A DNA stretch of 64,000 bases from an uncultured Acidobacteriota bacterium (GTDB lineage Bacteria; Acidobacteriota; JAQAZP01): contig CAWIIB010000009.1 of assembly GCA_963836075.1 (NCBI GenBank), positions 2,880,001 through 2,944,000 of the forward strand, given 5' to 3'. A program made the translations under genes and the position numbers. Positions 19,292-29,678 of this stretch are shown one piece after another. The notes beneath the pieces are model-generated. The model was not told the origin of the DNA and ran no database searches. It saw nothing but the letters and a program-made list of their open reading frames with translations. Position 1 is the first letter of the stretch. Each line of letters opens with the position of its first letter.

Positions 19292-21274
19292 TCAGTCCAG
19301 ATACCCCAACGCCTTCAATCGCGCCTGGGTCGCGGCATCCAGTTTCTGGCTCTGTGCCGCGCCGGCTCCGGCAGCCGCGGCGGCGGCCAGTTCCTCGTCC
19401 AGCAGCCGGCCCAACTCGGCCACCCGTTCGGGGTGCATCTCCGACAGATCGAACTGTTCCGTCATGTCCTGATCCAGCTGGAACAGTTCCACCAGCGGCA
19501 GCCCGCGGACATTGCCCTCGGTGGCCCGGACCAGTTTCCAGCCGCCGGCGATCACCGATTGAAGCTCGGTGCCCCTGAACACCGTCTTGGCCGTGACCTG
19601 CTCCAGGGGCCAGGCCGCCGGTTCTTCGGTGCCCGTTTCAGGCGCTACCTCGCCCGGGTGTCCGGGAGCGGCATGGTCCAGGGCCGAGATCAGGTCAATG
19701 CCCTGGAAAGAGTCGGGAATGGAGAGGCCCACCTGACCGAGAATGGTGGCGGCCACGTCCACCTGCCGGGTCAGGTGGCCGATCTCTGAACCGGCCAGCT
19801 CATTGCCGGGAAGCTTGATGATCAGCGGGACCTGGACCAGCTCCTGGTAGAGTGTGCTGCCGTGGAACCAGCCCTGGTGGTCATACAGTTCCTCACCGTG
19901 GTCGGCGGTGAGCACGATCAGGGTGTTGTCGTAGATCCCCAGTTCGCGCATCCGCTGGAACAACGTTTCCAAACGCAGGTCGAGGAACGAGATCTCCCCG
20001 TCATAGAGCCGCGACACCTCTTCGGCGCGAGCGGGGCCAGGATCGGGCGTATCCACCAGGTTCAGTGCCTCGCCACTGTACGGATGGGCGAAGTAGGGAT
20101 CGTGGGGTTCCATGTACTGGACGAAGAAAAAGGTGGGACGGCTGGCCGGCGCGGTCTCCAGGCCGGCCAGCAAATGCTCGTTGACCGTGTCCGCGTCCTG
20201 GTAGAACTCTTGCACCCGGCTCTTCCGGCCAAACAACTTTCGCACCCGTCGCATCAGCCAGTGGCCCAGCAGTTTGCTGGAGGACTCGTCGGCAAGAAAA
20301 AGAAACTCCGGTGCGAGGTAGGTGAACTCGTTGAATCCCTGGTTGAAGTTGAACGACTCGTTGACGTTGATGTTGTTGACATACCCCACCGTCCGGTATC
20401 CCTGCCCCCCCAGCGCTTCGGCCAGCGTGATCAGCTCGTCCGGCAGCTGGTCGTTCAGGCCGTTAGTCTTGTGCGAGGCCGGGTGCAGCGAGGTGAGCAG
20501 CGAGGCGGTGGCCGGCCGGGTCCAGGAGGATTGGGCGATGTTGAGGCGGAAGAGGACGCCGTCGCGGGCCAGCTCGTCCATGGCCGGGGTCTCATTGCCC
20601 CGGTAGCCATAGCAGGAGAGCCGGTCGGCACGCAGGGTGTCGATCATGATCAGCAGGATGTGCGGGGCCGGGGTCACCCCGTCGGCGGCGGTGGGGGCGG
20701 GCCCCTGCGGTTCGCTGATTTCAGCGGCCGGCCGGCCGATCATGGTGGCGGCGAACAGCGACAACAGGACCACGGCCATCAGCGCCGCAGTGCAGCGGGC
20801 CCGGGGAAGCAGCCGGAACGGTTTTATCCTGGTCAGCGCACGGACGGAGAAAAACAGAATGAAAAAGAGCAGGATCAGCGCGGCCAGCACCAGGAGGTTA
20901 CCCCAATGGGGGAAGGGCGCGTTGAGCAGCAGGTCGCGGCCGACGCGCATCCGGCCCAGGATCGCCAGGCCTGGGGCAAGAACCAGTGCAAGAATCAACG
21001 CGTAGAGAGCGGCCCGTTCGCCGCCGGGCCGCTTGAAGACCTTCCGGCAGAGCCAGAGCAGCACGCCCATGGCCATGCCCGCCGGGGCCACCTGGATGGC
21101 ATAGAGCATGGCGGCATAGAAGAGGATTCCTGGGGCCACCTCGCTCCAGCTGTTGAACCACAGCCAGCAGCATTCGGCCAGCGCCAGCAACAGGCCGGAG
21201 AGCAGGCCGGCACTGAGGCCGGTCATCAGGTAGGTTATGAAAGATGAAGCGGCCGTGGTTTTTTGCGGGGGCAT
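19292..21274 (-). CDS. Membrane-anchored sulfatase-like hydrolase/transferase
   Basis: About 5 N-terminal TM helices, then ILLIMIDTLRAD, SSWTRPATASLLT, EPHDPY, YDGEI, TADHGEE and RLKALGYLD. Confidence 0.87.
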   Translation of the reverse strand: MPPQKTTAASSFITYLMTGLSAGLLSGLLLALAECCWLWFNSWSEVAPGILFYAAMLYAIQVAPAGMAMGVLLWLCRKVFKRPGGERAALYALILALVLAPGLAILGRMRVGRDLLLNAPFPHWGNLLVLAALILLFFILFFSVRALTRIKPFRLLPRARCTAALMAVVLLSLFAATMIGRPAAEISEPQGPAPTAADGVTPAPHILLIMIDTLRADRLSCYGYRGNETPAMDELARDGVLFRLNIAQSSWTRPATASLLTSLHPASHKTNGLNDQLPDELITLAEALGGQGYRTVGYVNNINVNESFNFNQGFNEFTYLAPEFLFLADESSSKLLGHWLMRRVRKLFGRKSRVQEFYQDADTVNEHLLAGLETAPASRPTFFFVQYMEPHDPYFAHPYSGEALNLVDTPDPGPARAEEVSRLYDGEISFLDLRLETLFQRMRELGIYDNTLIVLTADHGEELYDHQGWFHGSTLYQELVQVPLIIKLPGNELAGSEIGHLTRQVDVAATILGQVGLSIPDSFQGIDLISALDHAAPGHPGEVAPETGTEEPAAWPLEQVTAKTVFRGTELQSVIAGGWKLVRATEGNVRGLPLVELFQLDQDMTEQFDLSEMHPERVAELGRLLDEELAAAAAAGAGAAQSQKLDAATQARLKALGYLD

Positions 21275-21289
21275 GAAAAATATCTTCCA

Positions 21290-21919
21290 TCAGGTTGAGG
21301 CCGCCTCGGCGGCACGGTTGCGCCAGAGATCCGGGTCAACCGCGCCGGCCATGGCCTCCACGTCCAGCCCTAAACCAAGAAACTCTTCTATCCGTCGGGC
21401 AGCGGTCATCGGGTCCTGCTGCACTTTCGTGTAATGCTGGTAGAGTACGTCAAAACAGGGTCGCTGGTCGAGGATTCGTTTCACCTCGGCCAGGTGCTTG
21501 TCGTAGACCTTGATCATCTGCTGGTCGTCAACGTCCGATGTTTCGCCGCGGCGCTCGAGCATCCGGGCCTGGGACGCCAGCACCTCCGAGTATTCGCGGT
21601 GCACGAACAAGACCTTGTAACGGTTGTCGTCGGGCAGGTGCGGGAGCAGGTAGGAGATCACCTTGATCACCTTGCCCCTGGCGGACTTGACCCACGACTT
21701 GTCATCGCTCTTGTCCAGCGCCTTGACCCGCTCGTATTCGAAATACCCCTTGGGGTTGTCGTCGTCGGCAGCCCGGATCCCGTCCTGCATCACGTCCAGC
21801 CCGCCGGCCTCGAGCATCTTCATGCTCATCGATGTGCCGGAGCGGGGCAGGCCGGAAATCACCACGATGGGCTCCCCGTGTTTCATCTTGTTCAGAAACT
21901 GTCGAAGCGCTGCAGACAT
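21290..21919 (-). CDS. Sulfotransferase family protein
   Basis: SGLPRSGTSM (5'-PSB loop), DNPKGYFE and R...EVLASQ. Confidence 0.8.
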   Translation of the reverse strand: MSAALRQFLNKMKHGEPIVVISGLPRSGTSMSMKMLEAGGLDVMQDGIRAADDDNPKGYFEYERVKALDKSDDKSWVKSARGKVIKVISYLLPHLPDDNRYKVLFVHREYSEVLASQARMLERRGETSDVDDQQMIKVYDKHLAEVKRILDQRPCFDVLYQHYTKVQQDPMTAARRIEEFLGLGLDVEAMAGAVDPDLWRNRAAEAAST

Positions 21920-21951
21920 TACGATCCCCCTTTGATATTTCGGCTCCGTCC

Positions 21952-24055
21952 CTAGGTCGCCTGGGCCTGGATGGCGGTGATCACCACGGTGTTGACGATG
22001 TCGGTCACCGTGCAGCCGCGGCTCAGGTCGTTGACCGGTTTGTTCAGCCCCTGGAGCACCGGTCCCACGGCCACGGCATTGGCCGACCGCTGCACCGCCT
22101 TGTAGGTGTTGTTGCCGGTGTTCAGGTCGGGGAAGATGAACACCGTGGCCCGTCCGGCCACGCTGCTCTCGGGCATCTTGGTCCGGGCCACGCCGGCATC
22201 CACCGCCGCGTCATACTGGATCGGGCCCTCGATGGCCAGGTCCGGGCGCAGCTCCCTGGCCCGGCGGGTGGCCTCGGTGACCATTTCCACATCTTCGCCG
22301 CTGCCCGATTTGCCGGTGGCGTAGGAGAGCATGGCCACCCGTGGGCTGACGCCGAAGGCGGCGGCGGTGTCGGCGCTGGAGACCGCGATCTGGGCCAGTT
22401 GCTCGGCGGTGGGGTTGGGGTTCACTGCGCAGTCGCCGTAGACCAGCACCCGGTCGGCCAGACACATGAAGAAGACGCTGGAGACCAGCGAGATGCCCGG
22501 CCTGGTCTTGATGAACTCGAAGGCCGGGCGCACGGTGTGGGCGGTGGTGTTGATCGAGCCGGAGACCATGCCGTCGGCGTGTCCCTTGTGCACCATCATC
22601 GTGCCGAAGTAGGTGGGGTCGATCATCGTGTCGCGGGCCTGCTGCTCGTTCACGCCCTTGTGCTTGCGCAGCTCGGCGTAGGTGCCGGCAAAATCCTCCT
22701 GCCACTCCGACTCGGCGGGGTTGATCAGGGTCGCCCCGTCGAGGTTCACCTGCAACTTCTCGGCCCGGTTCTGAATCTCGGTCACGTCCCCCAGCAGGGT
22801 CAGTTTGACCACCCCGCGGCGGAGCAGCGAGCCGGCGGCGCGCAGGATCCGTTCCTCGCAGCCCTCGGGCAGCACGATGTGCCGCGGGTCGGCGCCGGCC
22901 TTTTCCATCATCTTGTGCAGGAACAGCTTCGGCGTGATCTTGTCCTCGCGCAGGGCGGTGATGCCCGAACGGATCTGGCGGTGGTCCACATGCTCGTCAA
23001 AGATCACCTGGGAGGTCTCGATCTTGCGGTAGCTGTGGGGCGTGATCTCGGAGACCACCCGGTTAACGTTGATCGAGGTCTGGTAGGTGCCGGTTTCCAC
23101 GGCCAGCACCGGGATATTCACTCCGCGCAGTCCCTTGATCAACTGGTCCATTGTTTCGGTGGGCTTGAATCCGCTGCTGAGCAGGATGCCGGCGATCTTC
23201 GGCATGCGGTTCGACAGCTGGGAGGCCATCAGGCCCAGCAGGATGTCCGCCCGGTCACCGGAACTGATCACCAGCGATCCGGGCCCCACCCGTTCCAGCA
23301 GGGCATCCAGCTGCATCGAGGCGATCTGGAAGCTGTAGACCAGGTTGTCGAGGTAGCGCTTGCCGTAGACCACTTCGGCCCCCAGCGCTTCGGCCACCTC
23401 GTCCATCCTCGGTTTGGCCAGGATGTCCTCTTCGGGGATGGCGCCCATGAAGGGAATGCCGGCGGTGGCAAACCGCTCGGTGAGTGTGGCCCGCACCTGG
23501 TCCAGCGTGCCGGCGTCCACCCGGTTGGCGATCACCCCCATCAGGTCGCAGCCCCGCTCGTCGAACTGCTCCTTGCTGATCAACGTATTGTCGAAGATGT
23601 CGCCGGCGGTCCGCTCGCGGCCGCTGACCACCAGCAGTACCGGGGCGCTGAGGTTGCGGGCGATGTCGGCGTTGACGTCGAACTCGAAGGCAGTGGTGGC
23701 GCCCTGGTAGTTGGTCCCCTCGATGAGCACGAAGTCGCGCTGGCTTTCGTAGTGCTTGTACTTGGTCAGGATCTCGTCCAGCATCTCGTCGTACTTGCCG
23801 GCGGTGATCATGTCCATGGCCCGGCGTTCGGGGACCCCGATCATCAGGTCGGGGTCGCAGTCGAGGCCGTAGACGTCGCAGATCAGGCGGACGCTGCGGT
23901 CGGTTTCCCCTTCGCCGTCGGTGCCGGCTCCGGCCGATGGGGCGGAAATAGCCCACCTTGCGGATCTCCCGCTCCAGAAAGGACATCAGTCCCAGCACGA
24001 TGGCGCTTTTCCCCGCTCCGGCCCCGGTGGTGGTGAGATACAGATTCTTTGACAT
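21952..24055 (-). CDS. pta: Phosphate acetyltransferase, long form (AAA_26 + DRTGG + PTA_PTB); +1 frameshift near 23925-23935
   Basis: N-terminal GAGKSAIVLG...GYFRPIG. C-terminal IVLPEG.E.R, DGMVSG, GDCAVN, EGPIQYDAA, FPDLNTGN and KPVNDLSRG. Confidence 0.93.
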
Positions 24056-24350
24056 TTCAGGCCTCGATTAGCGCTTGGAAAACAATCATTAAAAAACCCT
24101 TTACACCATTGCCTCCGTACCCGGCAACCCCGAATCCCGGAAGAGCCGGAACCATAGCACGGTCCGATCCGGGGGTAAAGTGAATAATCGGATTTCTGCG
24201 GCAACAAATTGAGTCCCTTGCCGCTGCTTCATTGCATCCCATTTTCAGTCCGCCATATACTCATCACCGAGGTCCGTGGGCCGGACCCGCCGTACAGGAA
24301 ACGCAGCCGGTGGGATCGGGGGCCGGAAACCGCGGCAGCAGGGAGTGGCC

Positions 24351-26855
24351 ATGTCTCGTCAGCAGGAGAGGAGAATAGCGGAACGGCAGTGCTGGATGAC
24401 GGCCCTGGCCCTCAGTGCACTGCTCCTCGCCGGGTCCCTCTGCGGGGCGGTGGAAATCCCCGAGGCGGCCCTCTTCATGCAGCGCTCCATCTCCCAGGCC
24501 CAGCTGGCCGGTGACCGGGTGCGGGCCGCCGGTGACCTCACGGCACTGGCCGAACTGTCCCCGCCGCTCTCCCGGGCGCTGCACCACCGGTTCCTCCGGG
24601 GTGTGTTGTACGAGGAGGCGGGGGAGCGGCTGGCGGCCCGGGAGGCGTACCAGGGCTACCTCGCCGAGGAGGGGGAGGAGGCCCTGCTCGCTCCCTATGC
24701 CCTGCAGCGCCTGGCCGCACTGTTGGAGCTGGACGGGGAGCCGGCCGCGGCGGCCGGGGCATTTGAACGGGCGGCCGTGTCCGGCGGTCCGGGCTGGCCA
24801 TCCTACGGGGAAGCGATCCATGGCGCCGTGCGCTGTGCGTCGGCCGCCGGTGACTGCGGCGAGGCCGCCCGGCTCTGTAAACTGCTGCAGGGCAGGAAAC
24901 ACCGGAACCTGTCCCGCCGGGCCGGGGTTCTGCTGAGCCGCTGTCTCATCGATAGCGGCGAACGGGAAGCCGGGCGCTGGCGGCTCCAGATGCTGCTGGG
25001 CGAAGACCAGGGGGATGACCCGGCCCTGGAGGCGTACCAGCTGCTCTCCCGGCCGGAAACGAAAACGGGAGGAGCGGAGAAGACCACGTCGATGTTCGCC
25101 TCGCCCCGGGAAGAGGCGTGGTGCATGGGCAACGCGGCTTACCGCAACCGGCTGTTCGACGAGGCGGTGGACTGGCTGAGCCGCCTGATCAGCACCGGCG
25201 AGAGCAGCAATAGTTCCTACCAGGACAAGGCCACGTTTCTCATCGGCCGCTGCCGCCTCCTCGAGGGGGATTTCGCCTCGGCCCGCCAGTGGTTTCTGCT
25301 CGTCGGCGAGCAGTTCCCCAAGACCCTTTCCGGCCAGGACGGTCTCTACTTCGGGGCAGTGTGCCACCTGCGGGTAGGGAAGGACGAGGCCGCTCTGCAG
25401 GAGCTGAACAGGTTGGCGGTCGCCGACACCCGGCCTTCGGTGGCGACCAAGGCGGCGACCACCGCGGCCTGGCCGCTGAAAAAGGAGCGGGACGCCGCCG
25501 GCCTCGACCGCCTGGCCGTTCGGGCGGGCGAACTGGGCGGGGGCCCGGTCACCAGGGCCGGCATCCTGATGCACCTGGCCGATGTCCAGCGCCGCAGCGG
25601 AGAGATCCCCTCGGCCATGGCCACACTGCAGCGGGTGATCAACCTCACCGGCCGCGACCAGCCGGTCCATGCCGAGGCCGCCCTCTGGCTGGCCCGGCAC
25701 CTGGCGGACGCCGGCCGGCTGCCCGAGGCCCTGCAGCAGTGCCTCCATGTCTCGCGGCTGGAGGTGCCCTCCCTCTTCCGCCGCCAGGCGCGGGTCATCG
25801 CCTCAAAGCTGGCCCGCTCGGCCTATGCCGACCAGGACCAGATCCTGATCCAGGGCGCCCGCAACCTGATGGAAGCCGACGACCACAGCGCCGCGCGGGA
25901 AGAACTGGAGAAGTTCCTGCTCACCTGTGGCTGGAGCTCCAAGCGGAGGGTGGTGCTCAACCTGCTCCAGGAACTCTACCGCCGGGAGGTCCCCTACAAC
26001 ATCCCCTACTGGGTCCGGGCGCTCCTGCCCGCCGACCTGGAGCAGGCGGCCAGCCGGGGCCGGGAGGGCGACGGGCTGCGGCGTGCGGCCGCCCTGCTGC
26101 GCATCGGCCTGTTCCGCGAGGCGGCGGATGAGCTGGAGGCGGGGGCGCGGTCGACACTGGACCGCTATGACCGTCAGTATTCAATCGCCCTCTGGGCGAT
26201 GATGGGCGGCAACAACGCCCTCTCGGTGCGCGCCGTGGAGCGGCTCACCAGTTCGGTGCCGCCGGCGGCCGTGCAGGAGGCCCTGCCGCTGAACATCCGG
26301 CTGCTCCTCTTCCCCGGCCACTTCTACCCGCTGGTGGAACGGGAAGCGGAAAAGCGCGGTCTCGACCCGCTGCTGGTGCTCTCCGTGCTGCGCGAGGAGA
26401 GCCGGTTCGGCAGCGGCGTGCGGTCGGGCGCCGCGGCCCGGGGACTGATGCAGATCCTCCCCGAGACCGCTGCCGAAGTTTCCCGGCAGTACGGCATCGA
26501 GTACGCCGGCGCCGACGACCTCTACCGGCCTGAAGTCTCCATCGCCATCGGTACCGCCTACCTGGCCTCACTGGTGGAGCGCTACCAGGGCAATGTGGCC
26601 GCCGCCCTGTCGGCCTACAACGGGGGCGAGGCCAACGCCGACCGCTGGGTCGCCGGTGCCTCCGACCCCGGCGACCCGTTCGACTACATCCGCGAAGTGA
26701 CCTTTCGCGAGTCCCGCAACTACGTGATCAAGGTGCTCTCCAGCTACGGGGCCTACCAGACCCTGGACACGAAACTTGTGGAGCACACCGGCGAGATCGT
26801 CGGTTCGTTCGTCGACTGGGATCTCTTCAGCGCTGACCTGCCCGCGGTGCACTGA
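24351..26855 (+). CDS. Soluble lytic murein transglycosylase (SLT domain) with TPR-like repeats
   Basis: REESRF, ARGLMQI.P.TA, AYNGG and ESRNYV.KV. Helical TPR-like N-terminal region and signal peptide. Confidence 0.9.
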   Translation: MSRQQERRIAERQCWMTALALSALLLAGSLCGAVEIPEAALFMQRSISQAQLAGDRVRAAGDLTALAELSPPLSRALHHRFLRGVLYEEAGERLAAREAYQGYLAEEGEEALLAPYALQRLAALLELDGEPAAAAGAFERAAVSGGPGWPSYGEAIHGAVRCASAAGDCGEAARLCKLLQGRKHRNLSRRAGVLLSRCLIDSGEREAGRWRLQMLLGEDQGDDPALEAYQLLSRPETKTGGAEKTTSMFASPREEAWCMGNAAYRNRLFDEAVDWLSRLISTGESSNSSYQDKATFLIGRCRLLEGDFASARQWFLLVGEQFPKTLSGQDGLYFGAVCHLRVGKDEAALQELNRLAVADTRPSVATKAATTAAWPLKKERDAAGLDRLAVRAGELGGGPVTRAGILMHLADVQRRSGEIPSAMATLQRVINLTGRDQPVHAEAALWLARHLADAGRLPEALQQCLHVSRLEVPSLFRRQARVIASKLARSAYADQDQILIQGARNLMEADDHSAAREELEKFLLTCGWSSKRRVVLNLLQELYRREVPYNIPYWVRALLPADLEQAASRGREGDGLRRAAALLRIGLFREAADELEAGARSTLDRYDRQYSIALWAMMGGNNALSVRAVERLTSSVPPAAVQEALPLNIRLLLFPGHFYPLVEREAEKRGLDPLLVLSVLREESRFGSGVRSGAAARGLMQILPETAAEVSRQYGIEYAGADDLYRPEVSIAIGTAYLASLVERYQGNVAAALSAYNGGEANADRWVAGASDPGDPFDYIREVTFRESRNYVIKVLSSYGAYQTLDTKLVEHTGEIVGSFVDWDLFSADLPAVH

Positions 26856-26877
26856 TCCCCCTGGAAGGAGCTGCCCC

Positions 26878-27489
26878 ATGGGCCAGATGGAAATCGAAGT
26901 GAAATACATCCTCCCCGGGGGCGCCGTGGAGGCGGACCGTCTGGCCCGGCGGATCGCCGGGCTGGCCGGTGCCGGGGGAGGGGAGCCGCAAGCGGGCCCC
27001 CGGCATTTCGAGGACAACTACCTCCTCGACTACCCGGGCACTCCCATCCGCCGCCAGGGGTGCGGTTTCCGGCTGCGCCTGACCCCGCTGGCCGACACCC
27101 TTACCTGGAAGGGGCCGGCACGGCCCGACCCCCGGCTGAAGATTCGAGAGGAGATCGAGGTGGGCATCGCCGGGGGGCGGGCCCTGCTGACCATCCTCGA
27201 GCGGATCGGCCTGCGGGTCATTTTCCGCTATCAGAAGTTCAGGCAGGCCTTCCCGCTGGCCGGGGGGCTGACCGCGGTGATCGACGAGACGCCCTTCGGC
27301 TGGTTCACCGAACTGGAGGGCCCCCCGGAAGAGATCGAGCGGGTCAGCCACCTGCTGGAACTGGACCCGGCGAACCACGTCCGGGCCAGTTATGCGGGAT
27401 ATTTTGTCATGGAGCTCGAACGCCAGGGGCGGAAGGGGGAGACTGAGGTGCTGTTTCCTCCGCAGCGTCTGGAGAAGGAAGAGACGTGA
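26878..27489 (+). CDS. CYTH domain protein (class IV adenylate cyclase/triphosphate tunnel metalloenzyme)
   Basis: EIEVK (ExExK), RLR, LTWKGP, REEIE, YQKFR, DETPFG.F.ELEG. Confidence 0.88.
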   Translation: MGQMEIEVKYILPGGAVEADRLARRIAGLAGAGGGEPQAGPRHFEDNYLLDYPGTPIRRQGCGFRLRLTPLADTLTWKGPARPDPRLKIREEIEVGIAGGRALLTILERIGLRVIFRYQKFRQAFPLAGGLTAVIDETPFGWFTELEGPPEEIERVSHLLELDPANHVRASYAGYFVMELERQGRKGETEVLFPPQRLEKEET

Positions 27490-28562
27490 GCACGGCGACC
27501 ACGGCGATGATCCTCGCGGCCGGCCTGGGCACGCGGATGGACCCGCTGACCCGCCAGCGGGCCAAGCCGGCTCTGCGTCTCTTTGACCTGCCGCTGATCG
27601 CCTGGCCCATGGCCTTTCTGGCCCGCTGCGGGGTCAAGCGTCTGGTGGTCAATTTGCACCACCTTCCCGGCACCCTGGAGCCGGAGCTGGTCCGCTTTTC
27701 ACGCCGGCTGGGGCTTCACCTGACCCTCTCCCGTGAAGAGGATGAAATCCTCGGCACCGGGGGCGGCCTCGGCGCGGCCGCTTCACAACTGCTGGAAGCC
27801 GGCCCATCAACCATGCTGCTGCTCAACGCCGACTCCCTCTTTTTCGGCGATCTGGCCGCGGCGGGCGAGGCGCACCGGGCCGGCGGGGCGGAAGCCTCGA
27901 TGCTGCTCCAGCCGCCCCCGCCGGGGGGGCGCTATGGCCTGGTGCAGACGGACAGTGAGGGCCGGGTGGTCTCCATTGCCGGCAAGCCGGCGCCGCCGGC
28001 GCCGCCGGCCGCGGAGTGGATGTTCGTCGGCATCCACTTTTTCGAACCGGCTTTGCTGCGGCGGATTCCGGCGGGCCGGGCGGTGGATATCAACGCCGAC
28101 GTCTACCGCGGGATGATCGGCGGGGGGGAGACGGTGCGGGGACTCCCGGTGAGCGGCTCCTGGCTCGATTTCGGCACGCCGCGGACCTTTCTGCGCAGTG
28201 CCCTGGCCCTGCTGGACGATGGCGCAGCGGGCGGCGATCTCTTTCCGCTGCCGCTGGAGCTGCCGGGCCGGTTCGATTCTGCCGCGCCGGCCTACCTGGG
28301 GCCTGATGCTCGCGTCTCTCCTGAAGCCCGGCTGCGACGGGCCGCGGTGGGTGGGGAGAGCGTGGTGGGGGACGGCTGCGCGCTCACCAGCAGCCTGCTG
28401 ATGGAGGGCTGCCGGCTGGGCCGTGAGGTGCACCTCGAGGAGTGCCTGGTGGGTCCGGGCACGGTGCTGCCCCACCATTTCTCCGCCCGGGGGGAACTGC
28501 TCAGCCAGGCCGGGGCGGGCGGGATGCCGGAACGCCGGCCGCTGGGAGGGAGTGTGGGGTGA
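27486..28562 (+). CDS. Sugar-phosphate nucleotidyltransferase (MurU/mannose-1-P guanylyltransferase-like, C-terminal LbH)
   Basis: MILAAGLGTRM.PLT...AKPA, NLHH, E.EILGTGGG, NAD and W.DFGTP. Confidence 0.85.
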   Translation: MSTATTAMILAAGLGTRMDPLTRQRAKPALRLFDLPLIAWPMAFLARCGVKRLVVNLHHLPGTLEPELVRFSRRLGLHLTLSREEDEILGTGGGLGAAASQLLEAGPSTMLLLNADSLFFGDLAAAGEAHRAGGAEASMLLQPPPPGGRYGLVQTDSEGRVVSIAGKPAPPAPPAAEWMFVGIHFFEPALLRRIPAGRAVDINADVYRGMIGGGETVRGLPVSGSWLDFGTPRTFLRSALALLDDGAAGGDLFPLPLELPGRFDSAAPAYLGPDARVSPEARLRRAAVGGESVVGDGCALTSSLLMEGCRLGREVHLEECLVGPGTVLPHHFSARGELLSQAGAGGMPERRPLGGSVG

Positions 28563-29560
28563 CCGATATGCCATCCGACCTGTCACCACGGACCGTCCGA
28601 GGGCTGGCCCGTCTCGGCCGGCCGGCTGCCGGCTGGGCACGGCTGGCCGGAGATGCCTCGGTGCGGCGGTTCTACCGCCGGGCCGCGGCGTCCGGGTCCC
28701 CGCCGGAAATCCTGATGGACACCGGTGAGCCGTTTGTGGAGGGCCAGGACCCTTTCTGTCTCACCGCCCGTTTCCTGGAGCAGCATCGCCTGCCGGTGCC
28801 GGAGGTCCGGGCGGTGGACGGGGAGGCCGGCCTGGTGCTGCTGGAGGACCTGGGTGACCGCACCCTGGAGAGCTGCTTCCCCGAAGTGCGGAGGGAGCGT
28901 CTCTACGAGGCCGCGGTGGACCTGCTCTGCGACCTCCAGTCCCTCGACGCCGGGCAGCTTCCTCACCGGCTCCCGGCCCGCCGGCTCTTTTTCGACGAAA
29001 AGAAGCTCCTTTGGGAGCTGCACTTCTTTCACCGCAATTTCTTCGGCGGCCTGCTGGGCCTGACCCTGCCAACCGTGGAGGAGGACGCGCTGCAGGAGTT
29101 CTACCGGCACCTCTGCTCCCGGTTGGCCGGATTGCGGCCCCGGGTTTTTTGTCACCGCGACTACCACAGCCGCAACCTGATGGTCACCGGGGACCGGCTG
29201 GTGATGGTGGACTTCCAGGATGCCCGTCTGGGGCCGGAGACCTATGACCTGGTGTCACTGCTCAGGGACTGCTACGTGGAGCTGGGGGAGGAGTTGGAGC
29301 GCCGCCTGATCGGCCGCTATCTCCGGCAGCGGGACCCGGCGGCCGAGGGGGAGGAGTTCCAGCAGCGCTTCGAACTCACTGCCCTGCAGCGGGGGATCAA
29401 AGCCGCGGGAACGTTTTCCCACCAGGCGGCGGAGCGGGCCAACCGCCGCTACCTGGCCTCCATGCCCCTCACCGCCAGGCACCTCGGCCGGGCCTTTGGC
29501 GCCCTGTCCGAATACGCTGAACCCGGCCGGATCATCCTCTCCCGGCTGGCCACCCTCTGA
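28559..29560 (+). CDS. amgK: Aminoglycoside phosphotransferase-family kinase, AmgK-like anomeric MurNAc/GlcNAc kinase
   Basis: LAGDASVRRFYR, LLEDLGD, HRDYHSRNLM, DFQDARLGP..YDLVSLLRD and QR..KAAGTF. Adjacent to a MurU-like gene. Confidence 0.75.
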   Translation: MTDMPSDLSPRTVRGLARLGRPAAGWARLAGDASVRRFYRRAAASGSPPEILMDTGEPFVEGQDPFCLTARFLEQHRLPVPEVRAVDGEAGLVLLEDLGDRTLESCFPEVRRERLYEAAVDLLCDLQSLDAGQLPHRLPARRLFFDEKKLLWELHFFHRNFFGGLLGLTLPTVEEDALQEFYRHLCSRLAGLRPRVFCHRDYHSRNLMVTGDRLVMVDFQDARLGPETYDLVSLLRDCYVELGEELERRLIGRYLRQRDPAAEGEEFQQRFELTALQRGIKAAGTFSHQAAERANRRYLASMPLTARHLGRAFGALSEYAEPGRIILSRLATL

Positions 29561-29573
29561 AACGGCACGGTAC

Positions 29574-29603
29574 AAAAAAAAGCCGGCCGCCAGTGGCGGC
29601 CGG
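29574..29603 (-). terminator. Intrinsic terminator
   Basis: Minus strand CCGGCCGCCACTGGCGGCCGGC followed by U8. Confidence 0.85.
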
Positions 29604-29668
29604 GTGGGTCAGTGGCATGTTGCAAGGGAGGTTGGTGAGATGATTCCTCTTGCAGCCCGATGCACGTC
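29574..29668 (-). ncRNA. Candidate sigma54-dependent small RNA (~95 nt)
   Basis: Bounded by a sigma54 promoter (29679-29694) and a strong terminator. No credible ORF. Folds into a long hairpin (UGCAAG-AGG...CCU-CC-CUUGCA) plus the terminator. Confidence 0.6.
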
Positions 29669-29678
29669 CACTATCTAT

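Noticed and set aside
21952-24055. pta, gatA and the other split genes as true pseudogenes or programmed frameshifts
   Set aside because: Each has a single 1-2 nt lesion with no further decay and no slippery heptamer. Most fall on one motif or a homopolymer, so sequencing error is more parsimonious.
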